Part shown: piece by piece, positions 39,746 to 48,415 of the stretch
How the letters are laid out: every line of letters begins with the position of its first letter
How positions within the stretch are numbered: position 1 is the first letter of the stretch
Assembly: GCA_029248525.1 (NCBI GenBank)
Contig: JAQWJE010000049.1
Coordinates: 386,535 to 450,534, forward strand
Source of the DNA: Candidatus Binatia bacterium
GTDB taxonomy: Bacteria > Desulfobacterota > Binatia > UBA12015
DNA length: 64,000 nucleotides
Direction of reading: 5' to 3'
The notes under the pieces: model-generated
Told to the model about the DNA's origin: nothing
The model's database searches: none
The model's input: only the letters and a program-made list of their open reading frames with translations
Made by a program: the position numbers and the translations under genes

Positions 39746-41757
39746 GTACTGGGAGGTACGTACCAGATGGGAGACGTCCAGGCGCGTTCCTGAATGACAC
39801 GCGCGATTTCAGGGTCCTGACAGCCGCCCGGTCGATTTTCGGGCTCGAATTCGAGGCATTGCCAGGCGTTCCAGCGGCAAGAGGGGTTCTCCAGAATCCG
39901 AGCGTAATATACGGCTCGCTGATGCGGATCGAAATCGGGATCGCGCCATCCCCCGCAGAGCTCTCGGTGCCCGGGGCCGGATACGGCGCAGGTATCGAGG
40001 TCGACGGTCGCGCCATTTTCGGCCCCGCCGGCGACCTCATGCACCGATTGGTGGAAGGTATCGTCGGGCCCGTACCACCCCTTCACGATTTGAATATGCT
40101 GCAGCAAGCCTCCGGGATTTTTCGCTGTGCCCGGATCCGCGAGTGCCTGCACGACGAACGTCGGGGCCACACCGATGTCGGGCGCGTCCGGGAGGGTGCC
40201 TCCCATGGGAACACCGAGTTCGTAGCCCAGTTCGGCCAGATTGCTCCGTTCACAGAGGTCCGGCGGCAAGTTCCAGCCGGCGAAGAGGCGGGGGCGGATG
40301 CGGGGGCCGCTGGTGGCAAAGGTTTCGCGTCGTCGCAGGGCATCAAAGACGGCTTCTCGGGAATTCTCTTCCGCCCAGACGCCCGCAAGCCCGCCGGGGT
40401 TTCTGGCGAGATTGCTGCCGATCCCCGCGGCGCCGTTTCCGCTTGTGAGGCGTTTGCGCGCTGTATCGTCCATGATGCCGGACGTCCCGGGATAGCTCTT
40501 TTCGACGACGACACCGGGTGCAGCATTATGAGTATCCGTGCTGCCGATAAAACCCACTTCAAAGGGGTTGATACCGAGGCGCTCCTCTTCGCGCATCCCC
40601 TCGATGATGGCATAGCGTGCGTAGTCCAGCCTCTGGACGCATCCCTTGCGGGCCATGGCCCCGAGAGAGCGCTCGGTGCCGATACAATTCTCGGGGCCGA
40701 GTTCGCCAAGACCGCGCATCTTTTCGAAATTGCAAAGCTCATCGACGCCGCCAAGCACTTTCCATAAGTCGTTGCGGCACTCGGACTCGCCCTTGATCTG
40801 CATCATCTCGACCAGCGGCTCGAGTCGTGCCCGGAGCGCGACTCTTTTTTTCTGTTCGGCAAGCGGCAGGTCCTGATAGTCCAGCGTGAAGATATGCCCC
40901 CCGGAGAGATTGGGATTATGGGGAATTGTCAGGGCATCGCACGGTGTGCCCGTGTCGAGGCAGCGGCTGACCAGCTTCTCCCATAAATCCACCTCGGTGG
41001 CAGCGTCGATCCAGGAGATCGGGAGCTCGGGAACGACATTGTTTCGGAAGAAGACATTGCGGTGAATTTTCGTGCGGCCAGGAGAGCGACTGTATTCCCA
41101 CGCAACCAGAGTCGTGAATTTGCACGAGGAAGACCGGTCATAGAATTCCTCGGCCGCACGCTGGGTTTCTTGCCAGCGAGATTTTGCCGCAGCGCGACAG
41201 GGGCGAGCCTCGTCCCCGCAAATGGTTGCGCCGCGACCTTCCAATGTCATGATCCCGAGCATCCGAGAGGGCCAACCCTTGAGGCCCAGCATCCACGCTA
41301 TCCAGGAGTCTTCTTCGCCCCGGAAAATACGACAGTCGCCGGTGTCGTAGACTGCCGAACCGGGTGTGGTGCAGAGACTGACTTCGCCCAGCCACTCGGC
41401 ATGGTCGGTGACGGCGGCAAAATCCAGTGGTCGATCAATCTTCAGCCCACGAGTGCCCTGGCCGTCCGGACCAAGCGGCGGAACGAAAATCTCCTCGCCC
41501 CGTGCATAACGATAGGCGTCGCCGGGTTGGTTGATGACATCTCGGCCTCGGGCATCCATGGAGAGCCCGGTATGGACATGAAGATCGCCAAAAAGAGCTT
41601 GCCTGGTTTCGCGTCGATCCAGGCAGGGCTCGCGCGGCAGGACTTCGATTTGTGGAGCGGCCCCGCCAGGTGGGGACCATTCGGGATGTTCTGGTTCAAA
41701 GTTCCCGAAATCGCATCCGGAGAGGAGGGTCAGAAAGAGAGCGCATCGGAGTCGCAT
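39742..41757 (-). CDS. DUF3604-domain lipoprotein (paralog 2)
   Basis: 671 aa. Lipobox LTLLSGC. ALFGDLHVHTGLSMDA motif as in paralog 1. Stop overlaps ABC-F start by 4 nt. Confidence 0.6.
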   Translation of the reverse strand: MRLRCALFLTLLSGCDFGNFEPEHPEWSPPGGAAPQIEVLPREPCLDRRETRQALFGDLHVHTGLSMDARGRDVINQPGDAYRYARGEEIFVPPLGPDGQGTRGLKIDRPLDFAAVTDHAEWLGEVSLCTTPGSAVYDTGDCRIFRGEEDSWIAWMLGLKGWPSRMLGIMTLEGRGATICGDEARPCRAAAKSRWQETQRAAEEFYDRSSSCKFTTLVAWEYSRSPGRTKIHRNVFFRNNVVPELPISWIDAATEVDLWEKLVSRCLDTGTPCDALTIPHNPNLSGGHIFTLDYQDLPLAEQKKRVALRARLEPLVEMMQIKGESECRNDLWKVLGGVDELCNFEKMRGLGELGPENCIGTERSLGAMARKGCVQRLDYARYAIIEGMREEERLGINPFEVGFIGSTDTHNAAPGVVVEKSYPGTSGIMDDTARKRLTSGNGAAGIGSNLARNPGGLAGVWAEENSREAVFDALRRRETFATSGPRIRPRLFAGWNLPPDLCERSNLAELGYELGVPMGGTLPDAPDIGVAPTFVVQALADPGTAKNPGGLLQHIQIVKGWYGPDDTFHQSVHEVAGGAENGATVDLDTCAVSGPGHRELCGGWRDPDFDPHQRAVYYARILENPSCRWNAWQCLEFEPENRPGGCQDPEIARVIQERAWTSPIWYVPPST

Positions 41758-41826
41758 GATCGGTCTTTTCGCATTCGCAGGAACCTCGGTGCAACTTCTG
41801 CGATTTGAGTTGCTCCACCGGCCGGC

Positions 41827-42888
41827 TCAATCGATTCGATTCGATCGGTCGCTCGGAGTTTCTTCGGCAAAGCCTTTGACGGTTACCACAGCGGTCGCGC
41901 CCATGCGGAAGGGTTTCTTTGGATTGCGTTGGTCGAGAGTAATACGTACCGGGAATCTCTGCGCGAGTCGCACCCAATTCAATGTTGGCGCGACGTCGGG
42001 CAGCGTTCCGACCGAGGCGCCATTTGTCTGGTAAAGCGCCCAGCCGACTCCCTGAACTGTCCCTGAAAATTTCTCCTCCGGATAGGCCATCAAATACACC
42101 TCAGCCTGCATGCCCGGCTGGATGGAAGACAGGAACGTCTCGCGAAAATTGGCCATCACATACCAGACGCGATCGTCGATCAGGGCGAATATTTCCTGAC
42201 CTTGATTGGCATACTCGCCGACAGCGAGATTGAGATTGGTGATCCAGCCCGAGAAGGGCGCGTGCACGGAGGCATAGCCTACGTTCAATTGTGCTTGGGC
42301 AACAGCTGCTTCCGCGGCGGCTCGGTAGGCGTTGGTGTCGTCGATCTCGCCCAGCGCCTCGATTGCCTGATCGAGGCGTTGGCGTGCTTGCCGCACGGCG
42401 GCCTTGGAGGCTGCTACTCTGGTGCGGGCCTCGGCGACATCATTCGCGGTCACGAACTCCTGGGCCAGCAGTGGCTCGATCCGCGCGAGATATTGTCGGT
42501 CGTACTCATCCTGCGCGGAAATCTTCTCCAACTCGGCGGCCGCGGCTTCAATCGCGCGACGACGCCCGCGAATCTCGAAATCGGTGACGGCGAGGTCAGC
42601 TTCGGCGAGAGCGAGGGTTGCCTCATAGGGGCGAGGATCGATTACGAAGAGAAGTTCGCCCTTCTCCACATATTGGTTGTCCCGAATCGGCAACTCGACG
42701 ATCGGCCCGCTCACATGGGGTGCGATGCCGATCCAATTGGCCCGCACGGAGGCATCATCTGTCCGAGGATTCTCGAAGATCAGACGACCTGCGACCAGAC
42801 AAACGACAATCGTGGAGATGATGATCGCCACGGACAAAAAAGTGCCGATCCATTGTCGTCGTTGATCTTCTTTCGTCAGTTCGTCCAT
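41827..42888 (-). CDS. HlyD-family membrane fusion protein (EmrA/AaeA-like)
   Basis: Single N-terminal TM, coiled-coil and beta-barrel-like sequence typical of HlyD_3 periplasmic adaptor subunits. 353 aa. Confidence 0.75.
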   Translation of the reverse strand: MDELTKEDQRRQWIGTFLSVAIIISTIVVCLVAGRLIFENPRTDDASVRANWIGIAPHVSGPIVELPIRDNQYVEKGELLFVIDPRPYEATLALAEADLAVTDFEIRGRRRAIEAAAAELEKISAQDEYDRQYLARIEPLLAQEFVTANDVAEARTRVAASKAAVRQARQRLDQAIEALGEIDDTNAYRAAAEAAVAQAQLNVGYASVHAPFSGWITNLNLAVGEYANQGQEIFALIDDRVWYVMANFRETFLSSIQPGMQAEVYLMAYPEEKFSGTVQGVGWALYQTNGASVGTLPDVAPTLNWVRLAQRFPVRITLDQRNPKKPFRMGATAVVTVKGFAEETPSDRSNRID

Positions 42889-42891
42889 GCC

Positions 42892-43182
42892 TTATTGCCG
42901 ATAGAGAAGCAGCCAGAGGCTGACTGTGATCAGCAGGGCGAGGCTGGGATAGACGAGGACCCGGGGTTTCACGTAGGGGTCAATGGATAATCGAATCAGG
43001 CCCTGTCGGACGATGGCCGCGCCGGCGATGCCGGTGATCAGGCTGACCATCCAGGCGGGGAAGAAAGCCCCATCGATGCTCACGATCGGATCACAGGCCT
43101 GCAGGGAAAGGGCCGTTGCCGCACCAATCGCCTGAAGCGCCAAGCTGTGCCCGTTAGATCGGGGTATCTTTGAGATCTGCAT
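42892..43182 (-). CDS. DUF1656-like small membrane protein (AaeX-like)
   Basis: Two hydrophobic helices. Position directly upstream of HlyD mirrors aaeX-aaeA arrangement. Start uncertain. Confidence 0.4.
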   Translation of the reverse strand: MQISKIPRSNGHSLALQAIGAATALSLQACDPIVSIDGAFFPAWMVSLITGIAGAAIVRQGLIRLSIDPYVKPRVLVYPSLALLITVSLWLLLYRQ

Positions 43183-43206
43183 TCCGATAGCGGCCTATGG
43201 AGCAGG

Positions 43207-44667
43207 ATGAGATACCAACATCGAGCCCTTGTAAAGCAGCTGACGGTCCTCGGGGTCCTGACGCTCCAGATGGCGTGCGCCGGTGGGCGAGCTCCGACAT
43301 TTCTGGAACCGGAAAATCGCGTGGTCGCCCGACCCGGGATGGTCTGGTCCGGAGGGCCCGAAGTGTCGGCCTCGGCGGGCGTGGGTTTGCCCCTGACTCC
43401 GGATGATCTGATCGAGCATCCGCAGGGATTGTTGGAGCTGGTCGATCTCGCGTTGCTGAAAAACCCGGCGACCAGGCAAGCGTGGCAGTTGGCGCAGGCT
43501 GCCGCGGCCAGAACGGCGCGGGCGCAGTCGGCTTATTTTCCGGAGCTGGAGGCCGGCGTGGATGCCGGTTACGAAAGTTTTTTGTTCCAACAGAAGGAAG
43601 CGCCGATTCGGGTGGATCAGTGGGAAGTTCTGCCGCAGGCGACCCTGACCTGGACATTGCTCGATTTTGGCCGCCGTGCGGGAGCGCTCGAGGCTGCGGA
43701 GTCGAGGCTGCAAGCCGCGAATCTGACTTCGAATCGGGTGATTCAGGACGTGATCTTCGCCGTGGCGCGGAGCTACTATGCTCTGGACGCAGCCTGGGCG
43801 ATGGTGGCTGCGGCTGAAGGGAACCTGGCCCGTGCGGTTTCGGTGAATGAGGCCGCGGAGCAACGCCGAGCCCGAGGACTGGAGACACTTCCTGATGTCC
43901 TCCTGACCCGACAAACACGGGCCAAGGCGATTTACGATCTGGAAAGCGCACGTGTCGGGGTGAGTCACGGCCAGGCCGAGCTGGCGATGGCCATCGGAAT
44001 TCCGGCCAATCAACCGGTCGAGATTGTTCGACTCGGAGATCTCCCTCTGCCGGCCGCTCTGGAAACCTCCGTCGATGATTTGATCGCGAAGGCATTGGTG
44101 GATCGTCCGGATCTCCTCGCGCAGATGGCGCGCGTTCGCGCTCGCGAGGCGGCCGCCGAGGAGGCGCAGGCTGACCTTCTGCCGGAGGTCTATCTCGATG
44201 CGGGCTGGGGTCAGGATCTTTGGTGGTACACGATCAACTCGAGCGCGACCGACGCCGCTGATGAACCTGCTTACCGGGCGCTGCTCAGCGTCAGGTGGCG
44301 GCTTTTTCAGGGCTTCGATCGCTGGAACGCCATTCGGGAGGCCCGAGCCGAGGCCGCTGGTGAACAAGCGGCACTGGAGACCGCTCGCCTCGAGGCCGTG
44401 GCGGCCATCTGGCGGGTCTATCATGACTTTCGAGCCGCCCGGAAAAAATGGGAATACGCGCAGGCGCTCGAAGCCGCGGCTACCGAGGCCTATGGCTCCA
44501 ATCGGGACAGCTACAAGCAGGGGCTGGCGACGATCGTCGAGTTGCTCACTGCGGAGCGCGACCTCGCAGAGGCTTTGTACGTCGGAATTGATGCACGTGC
44601 ACAACTACTGTCCACCGCAGCCGAACTGGATTGGGTTGTCGGCGCGGGGACCTCGCCGGTACCGTGA
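43207..44667 (+). CDS. Outer membrane efflux protein (NodT/TolC family lipoprotein)
   Basis: Lipoprotein signal (LTLQMACAG), then two repeats of OEP coiled-coil sequence. 486 aa. Confidence 0.75.
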   Translation: MRYQHRALVKQLTVLGVLTLQMACAGGRAPTFLEPENRVVARPGMVWSGGPEVSASAGVGLPLTPDDLIEHPQGLLELVDLALLKNPATRQAWQLAQAAAARTARAQSAYFPELEAGVDAGYESFLFQQKEAPIRVDQWEVLPQATLTWTLLDFGRRAGALEAAESRLQAANLTSNRVIQDVIFAVARSYYALDAAWAMVAAAEGNLARAVSVNEAAEQRRARGLETLPDVLLTRQTRAKAIYDLESARVGVSHGQAELAMAIGIPANQPVEIVRLGDLPLPAALETSVDDLIAKALVDRPDLLAQMARVRAREAAAEEAQADLLPEVYLDAGWGQDLWWYTINSSATDAADEPAYRALLSVRWRLFQGFDRWNAIREARAEAAGEQAALETARLEAVAAIWRVYHDFRAARKKWEYAQALEAAATEAYGSNRDSYKQGLATIVELLTAERDLAEALYVGIDARAQLLSTAAELDWVVGAGTSPVP

Positions 44668-44676
44668 AGGCTGCTT

Positions 44677-45687
44677 TCAGCTGCCCGGGCTGATCAAAAG
44701 CTTGATCTGGTCGGTCTGCACCCGGAAACTCGCAAAGACTTCGTTGATCTCGTCCAGTCGATGCACGCTCGAGACCAGGCGGGACACGTCGATAGCCCGA
44801 CTGGCAACCATGGCGACGGCCTCGTCGAATTGCTGCGGGGTGTAGGCAATCGAGGGTAGCAGCGAGATACCACGGTCGACCCAATGACCGGGCTCGATCT
44901 TGGAATGCGCGTGGTAGCTGGCGACCATGACCACGCGACCCCCAATGCGGGCGATGCCGCCCGCGCGGTCAATGGCGTCCTCCTTGCCACTGGCTTCGAT
45001 CACGACTTCCGGTCCACCCAGAGTCAGATCGCGCAGGCGTTCGTCGGCCAGCTCGTCAGCGACAAAGGCGCCGAGTCCCAGAGAGTGAGCGGTTCGGACT
45101 CGATCCGAGCGATGATCGATCCCGAATACCAGTGCGCCGCGTTCCTTGGCGATCAGGCCCGCAAAAAGCCCCAAAGGGCCCAGGCCGAGAATTCCGACGC
45201 GCGTGCCCGCGGCGATGCGGCCCAGATCAACCGCTGCTTGCGCTACCGCAAGGGGTTCCACGAGGGCGAAACTTGCCGGGTCGAGATCCCCGGGGATTCG
45301 GCGCAGTTGCACTGCGGGTACGGTAATTCTTTCGGCGAGGGCGCCCGGCGTGCTGCCGCATCCCATCATCGCGCGCAGGCCGCTGCGGCAGAGATTCGGT
45401 CGGTGATCGGTGCATAATTCGCATCGACCGCAGTAGGGAATCGGCAGAACCGCGGCCGCATCCCCTTCTTCCCACTCTCGGACGGATCTGCCGATTTGCA
45501 GGACCCGTCCGGCGAATTCGTGGCCCAGAATGGTATCTGGTGCGAGTCCGGGAGCTTGCCAGAGGCTATGGTCGGTGCCGCAAATTCCGCAGGCATCCAC
45601 GCTCAGGACCACCTGATCTTCAGCGGGAACGGGTTCGGGAAGTTCCTCAATCCGGAACTTTCCCTCGGAGAGTAAAGCGGCTCGCAT
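44677..45687 (-). CDS. Zinc-dependent alcohol dehydrogenase (MDR family, threonine/sorbitol dehydrogenase-like)
   Basis: GICGTDHSLWQA...GHEFAGRV catalytic Zn motif. Structural Zn cysteines (CGRCELCTDHRPNLC). GxGxxG (GILGLGPLG). Start at Met 45687. Confidence 0.75.
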   Translation of the reverse strand: MRAALLSEGKFRIEELPEPVPAEDQVVLSVDACGICGTDHSLWQAPGLAPDTILGHEFAGRVLQIGRSVREWEEGDAAAVLPIPYCGRCELCTDHRPNLCRSGLRAMMGCGSTPGALAERITVPAVQLRRIPGDLDPASFALVEPLAVAQAAVDLGRIAAGTRVGILGLGPLGLFAGLIAKERGALVFGIDHRSDRVRTAHSLGLGAFVADELADERLRDLTLGGPEVVIEASGKEDAIDRAGGIARIGGRVVMVASYHAHSKIEPGHWVDRGISLLPSIAYTPQQFDEAVAMVASRAIDVSRLVSSVHRLDEINEVFASFRVQTDQIKLLISPGS

Positions 45688-46091
45688 GATTCCTTTGGCA
45701 CGGGTGCAGGATTTCGGCCCGAACTGCAAATGAAACCGCGGATGCAGGAACCCCCTGTTCCAAGGAAGGGGTGGGAAATTGGCCCCTTGCCCTGCAGTTC
45801 GACGTCGAACTTGCGGCCCTTGGGGCGTCGCCGGCAAGACTGCCGTCTCGGGACAATCCAACCGGGGGAGGGCCTTTTCCGGCGACCGGCTATTTCTTTT
45901 TGGTGCGAGAGGCCGCGATGGCCTCCTTTTTACGTGCGCGGGCGACTTCTTTCCGACGTTTCCGGCGGCGTTTGATTTCCTTCGTGCGTTCACTGGCCAT
46001 GGCGGTGTCTGTACGCAAGCCCGGCAAGGCCCGCAATGCAATATGAGAAGTTTTCCGCAGCCCCGGGGGATCTTTGCGCCGGGGGGCTATC

Positions 46092-46140
46092 GGACAATTT
46101 CGAACAATGGTGGACAATTCTGCGCGGCAAAATTGTACCA
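46092..46140 (+). promoter_or_regulatory. Phased repeat array (possible enhancer-binding-protein UAS)
   Basis: GGACAATT at ~46092 and ~46112 (direct, 20 bp apart) and inverted copy AATTGTaCCA at ~46131. Located ~75-120 bp upstream of the putative -24/-12. Followed by an AT-rich tract. Confidence 0.35.
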
Positions 46141-46212
46141 TTTCAGTTCCGTAGATTTCAGGAAACCCTTATTTTTATTGATTTTTCTTGAATCGCGGTG
46201 GCCGATAAGGCT

Positions 46213-46228
46213 TGGCAAGGTTCTCGCT
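46213..46228 (+). promoter_or_regulatory. Candidate sigma-54 (-24/-12) promoter upstream of fliA-like gene
   Basis: TGGCAaggttctcGCt: GG and GC elements separated by 10 nt as in TGGCAC-N5-TTGCA consensus. About 55 nt upstream of ATG 46283. Confidence 0.35.
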
Positions 46229-46282
46229 ATAAAGCTTCGCATCACAGGATCCACGGTTGGATCGAGAGGGGATAAAAGAGTC

Positions 46283-47167
46283 ATGGGTGCACAGGCAGCG
46301 GTGAGGAAGATGGTGGCGGGGGCCGAGTTGGCAGCGGAGACCTCGTTTGATGCGGAATTGGAATTGAACTCGGAGGTCATGGACGCCGATGTCGAGCAGC
46401 AAAGACTATTTTGCGGGGAACTGCTCGGCACCGAACAGAGTCCATATGACGAGGAGATCGTCCGAAGTCATTTACCCCTGGTTCGTCAGGTAGTTCAGCG
46501 GATGTTGCCGCGAAAGCCGCCTGAAGTCGCGGCCGAGGACCTCATTTCCTGGGGCACCCTGGGCTTGCTTGATGCCATGCGCAAATTCGATTCGGACCGA
46601 GAGGCCTCGTTTTCGACCTATGCGCAATATCGCATCAAGGGGACGATTCTCGACTATCTGCGCCGATGTGACTGGTTGCCGAGAAGCATGCGTCAGCGCG
46701 CCCACGAGATCGATTCGGCTGTTGGCCGACTCGAGGGGGAATTGGGTCGGTCGCCGGTAGCTGAGGAAATTGCTGCCGAATTGGGCCTCAGTCTGCAGGA
46801 TTATAATCGCACGACGACGGATCTTAGTACCCAGGCACCGATTGCCACAGGGGATTTATCCTTTGGGCGCGGCGAGGAAATGCTTTGCGGGGACGATGTC
46901 CTCTCGGATGCGTCCGAAGCTGGACCGATGAAGAAGGTTTTGCGCAAGGAACGTGTCGAAATTCTGGCGGAAGCCATCGAAAAGCTCCCGGAAAAGGAGC
47001 GAATTGTCGTTTCCTGTTATTATTTCGAAGGGCTGACCATGCGCGAAATGGCTGAAGTGCTCAGCCTCACCGAAGGTCGGATCTCCCAGCTGCACAGCCA
47101 GGCGATGGGCCGGATGCGGGGATTGCTGGCGGATTGTCGGGAGGAGATCCGGCTCGGCGAAGAATAA
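46283..47167 (+). CDS. fliA: RNA polymerase sigma factor, FliA/WhiG (sigma-28) family
   Basis: Region 2 (DLISWGTLGLLDAMRKFD), region 4 (LPEKERIVVSCYYFEGLTMREMAEVLSLTEGRISQLHSQAMGRMR) closely match FliA. ATG at 46283 with GAGAGGGG/AAAAGAG RBS. Confidence 0.7.
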   Translation: MGAQAAVRKMVAGAELAAETSFDAELELNSEVMDADVEQQRLFCGELLGTEQSPYDEEIVRSHLPLVRQVVQRMLPRKPPEVAAEDLISWGTLGLLDAMRKFDSDREASFSTYAQYRIKGTILDYLRRCDWLPRSMRQRAHEIDSAVGRLEGELGRSPVAEEIAAELGLSLQDYNRTTTDLSTQAPIATGDLSFGRGEEMLCGDDVLSDASEAGPMKKVLRKERVEILAEAIEKLPEKERIVVSCYYFEGLTMREMAEVLSLTEGRISQLHSQAMGRMRGLLADCREEIRLGEE

Positions 47168-47308
47168 ATTTCAACTGCCCGAAAATTATAAAAGTCCCTG
47201 AGATTACAGAGGCTTAATCAATTTATCCCGGCGAAGGGGGTCGCATGACTGCGACTTTTTTTCGCAGAACCCTAAAGCTGCGCCTTGTGGCGGTCGATAG
47301 CTGTTCCA

Positions 47309-47533
47309 ATGAGTGCATTTGATTTTCTCGGGCGGGGGCATGGGGATCACACGGGTCTGGACGCATTATTGGCGACCTCTTTCGGGTCGCGGGCACGCTG
47401 CCAAAGGCTTCGGGCTGCCGTGGAAGCGGGCACCTATCGGCCGGATGCCCGCCGGGTTGCCGAGGCGATGCTTTCGGGGCCGTGTGCGGACTTCTTTCAG
47501 GTTCAGATGGGAGAGATCCCTCTGGCTTCCTGA
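47309..47533 (+). CDS. flgM: Anti-sigma-28 factor FlgM
   Basis: 74 aa. C-terminal LRAAVEAGTYRPDARRVAEAML matches FlgM sigma-28-binding motif. Directly downstream of fliA-like gene. Confidence 0.5.
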   Translation: MSAFDFLGRGHGDHTGLDALLATSFGSRARCQRLRAAVEAGTYRPDARRVAEAMLSGPCADFFQVQMGEIPLAS

Positions 47534-47575
47534 GGGGCTGTTGCACCTGCGCGGGGGGGTCGGTAGCCCGAAAGG

Positions 47576-48415
47576 GTGACTTCGAAGGCCCCGGTTGGCG
47601 AGGATTCCGTTCTGGCGGCTTGCGTGCAGATGCGCGTGGGATCGGACAAGGAGAGAAACCTGCGCACGGCATTTGACCTGGTGCGTAAAGCCGCTGATCA
47701 AGGCGTGCGTCTCGTCGTCCTGCCCGAGCTCTTCTCCTGGAGAGGCGCAACGGCACAGATGGCTGCCGCTGCCGAGTCTCTCGAGGGTCGCACCGTCGAG
47801 TTGCTCAGCGAGGTGGCTGCCGAAATGCGGGTGACCCTGGTCGCGGGCTCGATTCTGGAAGCTGCCGGGACGGCCGACGCTCTTCCCTTCAATACCATGG
47901 TGGTTCTTGGTCCCGATGGCGCGCGGTTGGGGGTCTACCGAAAGATGCATCTCTTCGATCTTGAAGTGCCCGGGGGGCCGGTTGAAAAAGAATCAGCAAG
48001 GTTCCAGGCGGGTCACCAACCCGTTTGTGTTTCGACGCCGGTGGGCAAGATCGGTCTCTCGATCTGCTATGATCTGCGATTTCCGGAACTCTACCGAGAG
48101 CTGGTGCGCGAGGGCGCGGAAATTCTCGTCACCCCTGCGGCCTTTACAGCGCATACGGGCCCGGCACATTGGGAGGTCCTTCTTCGCGCCCGTGCGATTG
48201 AAAATCAATGCTGGATGTTGGCTGCGGCTCAAGTCGGTCCGGTGACTTCCGGAACAGAGGTTTGGGGGCATTCCGCGCTGATCGACCCCTGGGGATCGAT
48301 TCTGGACCTTCGCGCCGAGGGTGAAGGGTTGGCCATGGCGGTTCTGGACCGGTCGTTGGGTCGGGCGGTTCGCCAGCAACTTCCGTGTCTGCAGCACCGT
48401 CGGATTTCGCTATGA
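47576..48415 (+). CDS. Carbon-nitrogen hydrolase (nitrilase-superfamily) protein
   Basis: E-K-C triad contexts VVLPELF, RKMHLF, GLSICYD. 279 aa. Stop overlaps moeA start (ATGA). Confidence 0.75.
   Translation: MTSKAPVGEDSVLAACVQMRVGSDKERNLRTAFDLVRKAADQGVRLVVLPELFSWRGATAQMAAAAESLEGRTVELLSEVAAEMRVTLVAGSILEAAGTADALPFNTMVVLGPDGARLGVYRKMHLFDLEVPGGPVEKESARFQAGHQPVCVSTPVGKIGLSICYDLRFPELYRELVREGAEILVTPAAFTAHTGPAHWEVLLRARAIENQCWMLAAAQVGPVTSGTEVWGHSALIDPWGSILDLRAEGEGLAMAVLDRSLGRAVRQQLPCLQHRRISL

Noticed and set aside
43195-44604. 469-aa and 313-aa minus-strand ORFs
   Set aside because: Antisense to the well-supported NodT/TolC-family gene. Low-complexity R/P/G-rich translations.
47223-47756. 177-aa minus-strand ORF
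   Set aside because: Antisense to flgM and the start of the nitrilase-family gene. Pro/Arg-rich.
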